DNA of 64,000 bases from Octopus vulgaris (taxonomy: Eukaryota): NCBI GenBank assembly GCA_951406725.2, contig OX597822.1, positions 60,574,001 to 60,638,000 on the forward strand. Direction: 5' to 3'. The translations under genes were made by a program, and so were the position numbers. This document shows positions 55,050-64,000 of the stretch, piece by piece. Positions within the stretch are counted from its first letter, which is position 1. Each line of letters begins with the position of its first letter. The notes under the pieces were generated by a model. It was not told where the DNA came from, searched no databases, and worked only from the letters and a program-made list of their open reading frames with translations.

Positions 55050-56330
55050 GTTGTATAAGCATGCAGCTGGTTGTGAGTACACACAATGGCAAAGCTCAAC
55101 AAGCCCGAAATACATCTTTCATTCGCGCTAGCCGCTGCTGGAATGATTATCGTCTCCCTCTGATATAATGTTTTTAAACACAGCTCGTCCCTGAGACGCG
55201 ATATCTTTGGACGTATACCGCAGTAAATTTGCCTTTCAACAATGTATTTACATTAACGATGATACACAGATGACTGTTTCTTTGAGTTTGTAAGTTTGTA
55301 CAGTGATTGTCTATTATTACAAAATTTTTCGAGTCATTATCATGTTTTAGAATCGATTGAGTCTAATACATCCCTCCCTTTCAATTGTCCATTCCAGTAG
55401 AATAAAAATGACAGAGTAACCAATTCGCTAGAACGCGATATGTGTATTTACACCCCTTTCTCTTCTGAATTAAAAACCTGCCGAAGTGAACACTACACTG
55501 AATGAACGTATCAAGAATCCAATGCAGTATTCCTTGGATACGAGCAAATAGAAAGAAGAGAACTCTCCATTCGTTCTTGCTTGTACTTTTGCATTATTTG
55601 CATTGTATCTTGAATCAGGTTCTTCGAATTCCTAGTTTTTTTTTTCTACCTGAGTAGAGAAAAACAAACTCTCATTTCTCATCTACATTATTTTATATGG
55701 ATCTTAAGAGAGGCTGGTTTAAGGAAATAAACCCAATTCGGCATGAAAAGCTGTCATCAACCGAAAGTGGGTTTCTAAACCACTGACAGCATTTACACTC
55801 GTTAGAGCTATCAGCAAGCAAAAATATGAGTCTTGTTTGCAGCAAAGGAATAAATTAATAATCTTGCCTTCTTAATAAGACTTTTGATTATGACGTATCA
55901 TTTGCGTGAGTTCACTGCGGTGATTTTATCACCAAAGAACTGCAGTGAGTGAGGGCTGTATTTTCATTGTTTATCACATACTCCAAAGATCCATGAATAT
56001 TACAATGCTCAATGTTTCCGTCGGAATTTTAGTCTTAGTATTTATTTATCCTATTATGACTCCATTCACATCTAGGATGTTTCACAAAAATGTTAAAGGG
56101 TTTTTCATATTTACAAGAATATGTAGTGGATCTTGCATGCATGAAGTGGATTCGATCCATCACAGCCAAATTTAAATTAACACTGCAACAGAACTTTTCC
56201 CACGATGGAACAATGGTTTTTCTGTGACAGCAGTTTTAGATTTTCCAGATGCCTTTAGCTAGGCCGAAATAATGTATTCACCACTTCACCTCTTCTACTT
56301 CACTAAAAGCTAGAATAGAGATAACAAGAC
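55050..56330 (-). mobile_element. Decayed hAT transposase
   Basis: Minus strand IIIPAAASANERCISG (hAT dimerization-like) and NLNLAV fragments; heavily mutated. Confidence 0.5.
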
Positions 56331-57681
56331 CACCAACTAAAACTAATGTTCTCAATGATATATCTATCCTTCTGGATCTTTATATAAGCAAGCATACGCC
56401 AAGCAAAAATCAGTTAGTCACCTTGGTGACAAACTCGTGAGTTTAGAGAGAGCTAATATCAGTTAGTGAACCGACCACTAGAATCGTGGAGGCAGGCAAA
56501 CAAAACGGCCAGAGGGAAAAAGAAAGACAACGTCCCACATTTTCTCACTCTCACTAGCTCCAATTCTGTTCTCTTACAGCATCATTCTATCTGTCTCAGC
56601 AATTACTACTAAACAATGAAGAGAACCCAAACTCAAACTTTACTTCGCATGCTTTTGGATGTATCAAAACCTACCCGTCGAGGCAAGGTATTTGTAACGT
56701 AACGGTAAATAAATATGTCCTTAAAATTTCATGCATTGTTCATCTTTCGCATCTTACAACTTGCCGTCCTAACAACAAAATAGTTATCGTCACACCAGCT
56801 GACCACATCATCATTATATTGTTTACCAACCAATTTCCACCGTTACAAATATATCAAATTGTAAGGTCAAAGTAGTGTACAGCTCCGATTTTCAAATTCA
56901 GCAAACTTGGAACTGACTTTATACTCTACCGCATCACTTATTTCATTTACATTTCAGTATAAACTGTAAAGTTCTTAAATCAAATCCTATCGAGGTCGAT
57001 ATCACCTTCATTCTTCACGGGGTCGATGAAATACGTACTTGTACAATATCACGACAGATCTAATGACCTGTTCACTCCTCGAAAAGTTGGGTGCTTGTGC
57101 TTAAGTTAGAAGCGATTAAAGTGTATATACATATTGTAGGTCAAGTGTAGTTTGTGGTTATATACCAGATTTATCACAGAGGATTACTTGTCAAAGTTGT
57201 GAGCGGTAGCAAGGGTCAAATGGATATGATAGCAATCTAACCACGTGACACTTGTTATCAAACAACCTCTACCGTCTGCATATAGCAAAAGTCAAATGGA
57301 TGATTGCATACAATGAAAGAGGCAAACACAATAGCTGTACTAAAAGCGCAAGATTTAGGTAAACATCATTTTAATATAATATATTCGTTCACAAATATTT
57401 ACGAATATGTATGTGTGCATGTATGTACGTGTGTATGTGTGAGTGTGTGTGTACGTGTTTAAAGCAAATGTATTCTTATACAAACTTGCTGAATTTTTCT
57501 ACTTCACTACTTCGTGTTTTCAGCACTACATATATGTAACACACACACACACACACACATACACACACACATACATACAAAGTTACAATAATTTTTTTTA
57601 AATAGCGCCGTCTACCCATAATACTTGCTTTTTCCCGCGCGTTGGTAATCCAACTACGCTGTGTGTGTGTGTGTGTGTATT

Positions 57682-57779
<98 letters not shown>

Positions 57780-58046
57780 TTGGGGTGTCAAGAGAGAGCG
57801 CTATCCTGCATGCATTCCAAAATTTCGATTCCGATCGCACCACTTCTCACATCTACTCCACGCACCTGTCCCTTCTATACCGTAAGGGGGACTAAGTATA
57901 TGCTATTAGACAATGTGTATTAACAGTACAAATAAACGTACACACGCCTTCACACACAAAACCCCACACACAGACTTACACGAACATTCATACAGACACA
58001 ATCATATGTATGTCTACTTGTGTATGTAAGTATGTGTATGTATATA

Positions 58047-58600
58047 CCCTTTACTCTTTTATTTGTTTCAGTCATTTAACTGCGGCCATGCTGGAGTACC
58101 GCCTTTAATCGAGCAACTCGACCCCGAGACTTATTCTTTTGTAAGCCCAGTACTTATTCTATCGGTCTCTTTTGCCGAACCGCTAAGTAACGGGGATATA
58201 AACACACCAGCATCGGTTGTCAAGCAATGCTAGGGGGACAAACACAGACACACAAACACACACACACGCATATATATATGTGTGTGTGTATGTATGTATG
58301 TATGTATGTATGTATGTATGTGTGTCTGTATGTTTGTATGTGCGTCTATGTTTGTCCTCATTCCCCACCCCACCCGCCATCGCTTGACAACCGATGTCCG
58401 CCATCGCTTGACAACCGATGTTGCCGTGTTTATGTCCCCGTAATTTACCAGTTCGACAAAAAAGACCGATAGAATAAGTACCAGGCTTACAAAGAATAAG
58501 TCTTGGTGTCCTTGGGTCGATTTCTTCGACTATAACCCTTTAAGGCGGTGCTCCAGCATGGGCTGCACTCAAATGACTGAAACAAGTAAAAGAAATAAAA
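58047..58600. mobile_element. Two family B 3' halves in inverted orientation
   Basis: 58047-58250 on minus and ~58345-58600 on plus, separated by microsatellite. Confidence 0.8.
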
Positions 58601-58609
58601 GAATATATA

Positions 58610-59003
<394 letters not shown>

Positions 59004-59039
59004 GCCTTTAATGATCCCACTGATATTGACGTAAGGGAT

Positions 59040-59700
59040 GTGAACGAAGTCGATCTTCAACATATAATCTCGGATATAACTTTTATACTGCTTCAGATAT
59101 CATAGCAGCAATAAATGAGATCAAATACTATTCTGCTGTAGGCCCTGATAGCTTCCCTGTTAGTCTGAAAGAATGTAGATACCAACTTGCAGCCCTTCTA
59201 ACCAACCTCTGGAGAAATTCTTTAGACTCATGATATATACCGAAACAGCTCTTTTCCCAAACAGGGAAACAGATCCCTCGCAGTCAACTATCACCCAATC
59301 TCACTCACATCCCATATCATTAAAATGTTTGAAAGGGTGGTACGATCAAGGATAGGTGGCTTCCTGGAGAGCAACGATCTCCTAAATTCAAACCAGCATG
59401 GTTTTCGCTGCGGCAGGGACTATCTAACACAGCTCTTACACAACATCCATGATGTTCTTAAAGCCTTGGAATCAGGTCCGAACTCTGATGTCATATATCT
59501 TGACATGAGTAAAGCATTCAACAGAGTCGACCACAATATCCTACTGACAAAATTGTCAAATTTTGGAATCGGTGGAAAACTACTACACTGGATTGAGTAT
59601 TTCCTGGAGAGCAGAACACAACATATTGTGATCGGTGAAATCCACTCAACCCCAGTAAAATCACCAGTGGTGTTCCTTAGGGACGGCTTCTGCTTATAGT
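59040..59700 (+). mobile_element. CR1-clade LINE reverse transcriptase fragment (degenerate)
   Basis: GPD, NYHPISLTSHIIKMFE, NQHGFR, DVIYLDMSKAFNRVDH and SGVP motifs, with stops and frameshifts. Confidence 0.9.
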
Positions 59701-60376
59701 CTATATAAACGAGACTTTCCACAGCAACGAGGGTGGCAGATGTGGTGGAATTGAAAGATTGTGGATGGGGTGTGAGTCAGTGGGAGGACGTAGGTCGAGA
59801 TAGGAGCGATCAGAAGAAGCTGACAGAATATGTCAAGAGTGAGTGACTGCAAGATAAGCAATAGAGTCGATGAACTCTAAAGAGGGATGAAACGAACTGA
59901 CGATAGGAAAATAGAAAGGGAAAGAGAATACATATAGAGATCTCTCAATATATTGACATGCTTATGGTTGTCGATCGAATGCTATGATAACGATCTTCTT
60001 TATTTGTGGATCAGTTGATGGCGGTACATACCAATCTTTAGTGGACAGCTACAGTCAAAGATAGGACAAGTAAATCTATGGTGAGAGACAATATAATTTT
60101 GTGCTCATGCCACATTACTTTGCTGAACATAATAGAGGCGAGTTCGTTTCTCCTATATATATCTTCTGTTATCCTCTTAAAGTGAAACTAACGGAATGAA
60201 TGAATGGTTGGTAGCAATATTTACTCTCTTGAATGGCTGATGTCACTTCTCTTTAAAGTGATCCTTAGCTGGTCTCTGAAATATTTCTTTGGTCTTCTAG
60301 CCATGGTCGACATATACGCACGCACACACACACAAATGTACACACACACGCACACACACATATACACACACATGAA

Positions 60377-60413
<37 letters not shown>

Positions 60414-60510
60414 ACGGGAAGCTTTATGAAAATAAACAAAAGACGAAGGCAGGTGGAAAACAAACGAACAATTGTATTAGTATGGCGCTCAGGAAATATA
60501 AATAAAACAA

Positions 60511-60549
60511 GTCTTTAACGTTTCGGGCCTACGCTCTTCAACAGAAAGA
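60511..60549 (-). ncRNA. Minimal type I hammerhead-like motif in the PLE pLTR (variant core)
   Basis: Minus strand reads UCUUU CUGUUGA A GAGC-GUAG-GCCC GAAA CGUU AAAGA: stem I UCUUU/AAAGA and palindromic AACGUU; core deviates from CUGANGA. Confidence 0.55.
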
Positions 60550-61078
60550 TACACAGAGAGAGAAAAACACAGAAAGAAGGAGAGAAAAAAAATGCGTGCA
60601 GTAGCTAACGAATCAACATGGCGATCTGATTTCGGCCAGAGGTCAAAGATCAAACATGAGACGCGAGAGCGAAATAAGGGGAGATAATAGGGTTGATAAA
60701 AGGGTTGAGGGACCAGCTAAAAGTGCGTGGGAGGGGTCTGGATGTGTGTATGTATAGGGTTGGTGTATGTATTAGTATGTATAAGGGTGTGTGTGTGTGT
60801 ATGAGAGAGTATTAGTGCGTAAGATTGGTCTGGACGTGCGTATGTATGGGGTTGGTGTATGTATTAGTATGTATTAGTATGTATTAGTACGTATTGGTAT
60901 GTATAGGTGTGTGTGTGTGTGTGTGAGAGAGTATAAGTGCGTATGCGGGGTCTGGACGTGTGTATGTATAGGGTTGGTGTAAGTATTAGTATGTACTAGT
61001 ATGTATTAGTACGTATTAGTAGGTATTAGTTGGTGTGTGTATTAGTATGGCACATCATATGTGATGTGATGTGTAAAG

Positions 61079-63062
61079 TCATGTGGTGTAGTGAGGAGAA
61101 GAGGGGGAGGGGGAGAAGAGGGGGAGAGAAGGGGAGGGGAAGAAGAGGGGGGGGGGAAGGGGGGGAGGAGAGGAGGGGGAGAAGGAAGGGGATGAGGGGG
61201 ATGAAGGAGGAAAGAGGGAGAGGGGGAGAGAGAATGGGAGAGAGGGAGTGAGGGAGCAGAGGGAAGGGGAAGAGGGAGGGAGAAAGAGGGAAGAAGGGAA
61301 GGGGAGTAGGGGTGAAAGGATGAAGGACTGAAGAAGTAGGGGTCGGGGGGAGAAAGGATAGGTGAGGAGGGGGGTGAGGTTAGATGAGGAGGGGGGAGAG
61401 TTGAGACCAAATGGCGTATAAGAGCGAAGAGAGAAGATTAATTCCTGTTCACGGCGCAAACGGGAATCCGGATGGCCTCTGTGTAAGGACAAACCGAACA
61501 CAGATAGGTGTTGCAAGGAGTGACCGGTGGAGCGGAAATGGCGTGAGACCGGTGTGTCGTTCGCAAGGTGGATGTCACGAAGGTGTTCCGCGAACCGGTC
61601 AGCCAAGCGGCGTCCCGTTTGTCCGATGTACAAGGAATTGCAGAGAGAGCAAGAGATGCAATAGATAATATTGCTGGAGGTGCAGGTGAAGGAGTGGATG
61701 ATGGGATAGGGTCGATGGTGGGTGCTAGTGAGGCGGGTGGTGTTGGAGAGGTAAGGGCAAGTGCGGCAACGTGGGCGGGAGCAGGGGAACGAGCCGGGTT
61801 GGGAGGTAGGGTCAGGGAAGGAGCTATGGACCAAAAGGTCTCGAAGGTTGTGGGCTCGTTTGAAAGAGGGGAGGGGTCGGTTAGGGAAGAGGTGTGAAGT
61901 GGACGGGTCGGACTGGAGATGACGGAAAGCTCGAAGAATGGTGCGTTGGAGACGTAGGGTCGTGGGGTGGTAAGTGAGGGGAAAATGGAGGCGGGAGACT
62001 ACAGGGCGGGTTCGGGGAGAGAGAGCAGATACACGGTCCACGGACCGTGCTCTGGCAAGGGCGGTGTGGATAGTGGTGAGGGGGTATCCACGTAGGGTGA
62101 AGTGGTGAGCCATACGTTGAGACTGAGTCTCAAAGTCATGGTCGTCACTACAGAGCCTACGTAGACGGAGGAATTGGGAATAGGGGATGGAAAGCTTGGT
62201 GTGTTCTGGGTGGGAGGAAGAGAAGTTGAGGTATGAGTGTGAGTCTGTGTGTTTGTAGTGAATGGAGGTGGTAAGAGTGGAGTGAAGAATGCTAACCGAA
62301 ATGTCGAGGAAGGAGACAGAGGTGTTGGAGATAGTGGAAGTGAAGTGGAGGGCTGGATGGAAAGATTGGACGAAAGAGAGGAAGGAATCTAGATGTTCGC
62401 GGGAGAGTGAGGTGGCACCGATAATGTCGTCAATATAACGACCATATAGTTCAGGAGTGGGACCAGTGAAATTAGAGAATATTTGGGCCTCAACATAGCC
62501 AACGAACAGGTTCGCATAGTTGGGGCCCATTCGCGTTCCCATGGCCACTCCCGAGACCTGATGGTAGAACTCGCCCGCGAACGAGAAGCAATTCAGAGTA
62601 AGGACAAGTTCGGCCAGACGAATGAGTGTGGAGGTGTCAGGTACAGGGTTAGAGCGGAGGTCAAGAAAGTGTCGAAGGGCCTGCAGTCCTTCGTGGTGAG
62701 GGATAACAGTATAGAGGCTTTGGATGTCCATAGTAAAAAGGATTTTGGAGGAGCCGGGAGGAAAGGAGAAAGAGTTGAAAAGCCGGAGAGCATGGTTGGT
62801 ATCGTGGATGTGGGAGGGAAGAGATGCCACTAGGGGGGCAAGGACACGGTCGAGGTATTTAGAGATGAGCTCCGTGGGGCAGTTACAGGCGGAGACGATG
62901 GGGCGGCCAGGGTTGTTGGGTTTGTGGATTTTGGGGAGGAAGTAAATGGTGGGGGTACGTGGGGTTCGCACAATTAGGTTGGATGCGGTGCGGGGGAGAC
63001 GGGAGGACGAGATGAGGTCTTGGACAGTAGAGGATACCGTCTGTTGGTAGCTACGTGTGGGG
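61079..63062 (-). CDS. PLE reverse transcriptase plus GIY-YIG endonuclease (N-truncated; conserved part ends near 61400)
   Basis: ORF 61079..63160. Its first ~33 aa are microsatellite translation, and its C-terminal P/S/L run is a low-complexity tract. Confidence 0.9.
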
Positions 63063-63103
<41 letters not shown>

Positions 63104-63722
63104 TATAAATATACATATATATGTATGCATGTATGTACATATGTACGTATGTATGTACATTGAGAAATTTAAGTTTCACACGAAAACAAAAGGAAAAACG
63201 GCTTTGAGAATGGTAAATAAAAGGAGAAATATTTATATTTTTATCGAAATATATAACCGGTTTTAATTGTTTAAGACAATGTACTCATATAGTAAGGGAA
63301 AATAAATTGAATTTAATTAAATTAAACTTGCATGATAGCAATATTAAAAGTTTACAAGTTTTTCTTAGACTGTTCAAATGGCAGTGGTTGTTGGTCTCCT
63401 TTTAATGCTTTCTGAGTCATAATTGCAGTAACTATTTTAACACAGAAAATAATTTATTGTACCTTAGTGGCGATGTTGATATTAAGGACTGGTTCGTAAT
63501 AGTGGAAGAAATAGTATGCTAGTGGTGGCAGTCGCAGCATGGTAGTAGTCGTAGTAGTGTCTGATCATTATATCAACGAGAGAGTCAGTCTACCAATTGA
63601 ATAGTCATCTGTATTTGATAAGGGGTGGCTTTGAAAACCACCGTAACAACTTTTCCAGCTCCTACTACCTTTTACCCATTATAATCAGAAATTTACAGTA
63701 AACCCCTTCTCTCTTCCCTTTA

Positions 63723-63761
<39 letters not shown>

Positions 63762-63825
63762 CTCTTTTTCTACCTTTGTTTTCTCATATTCTCTTTCTCA
63801 AAATTTCTATTTTTTCTCTTTTCAG

Positions 63826-63998
63826 GTCTAACATGTGGAATATGCGTTACCTTAATAGTTCTGTTCATAGCCATGGCTGTTGTTGTATATAAACCGTACC
63901 ATGGTTCTGACAAGTCAACATCTCGAATTCCTCACAGATCAATGGAACCTCTAGCAACTTTCGTTAACACTGTATTTAATCTGAATAATGCACTCTAA
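63826..63998 (+). CDS. Terminal exon: transmembrane helix plus short cytoplasmic tail (G)LTCGICVTLIVLFIAMAVVVYKPYHGSDKSTSRIPHRSMEPLATFVNTVFNLNNAL*
   Basis: Long polypyrimidine tract and ttttcag| acceptor at 63825; the phase-1 frame is open to TAA at 63996-63998; ~21-aa hydrophobic stretch followed by YK. Confidence 0.65.
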
Positions 63999-64000
63999 AC

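Larger units (their letters stand above)
60413..63062 (-). mobile_element. Penelope-like retroelement (Neptune-type), 5'-truncated, with RT, Cys linker, GIY-YIG endonuclease and 3' pLTR
   Basis: Motifs LPKIHK, GRPIVS, MDIQSLYT, GVAMGT, YIDD, CSRPRCRTC, IIYCISC..YIGQT..RFAEH and FGLN in an unbroken frame; flanked by (TA)n on both sides. Confidence 0.95.

Noticed and set aside
56350-56847. Possible solo LTR (AATAAA, ends ...TTACA)
   Set aside because: No clear 5' TG end, TSD or second copy.
61411-62945. Plus-strand ORFs over the PLE
   Set aside because: Antisense shadows of the GC-richer PLE ORF.

Overview
AT-rich, microsatellite-dense animal DNA. The SINE families (Nin-domain and CORE-like tRNA SINEs) and TE content suggest an octopus or other coleoid cephalopod; this is an inference. 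Nearly all short ORFs in the track are microsatellite artefacts. Two host genes are supported, both on the + strand. (1) A gene entering from the left: exon ..135 splices in phase 1 to a ~3.7 kb exon (2984-6642) encoding a very acidic, low-complexity protein. (2) A four-exon candidate gene (39864-39929, 41365-41499, 51476-51551, 63826-63998) encoding a signal peptide, a small Cys-rich ectodomain, a transmembrane helix and a short tail. Its splice phases all match, but there is one in-frame TGA (51539-51541) just before the TM exon, which could be a secreted/membrane switch via recoding, selenocysteine or A-to-I editing, or simply a nonsense allele. The rest is TE debris: a 5'-truncated but uninterrupted Neptune-type Penelope-like element, RTE, CR1 and R4-type LINE fragments, several Tc1/mariner relics, Helitrons, a hAT relic and many SINEs, some nested with clean TSDs. 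About ten dispersed hammerhead-ribozyme-like motifs are also visible, some with greatly expanded stem II, and several sit within large fold-back palindromes (a ~326 bp near-perfect one at 44853-45178). All calls come from reading the sequence by eye; no searches were run.
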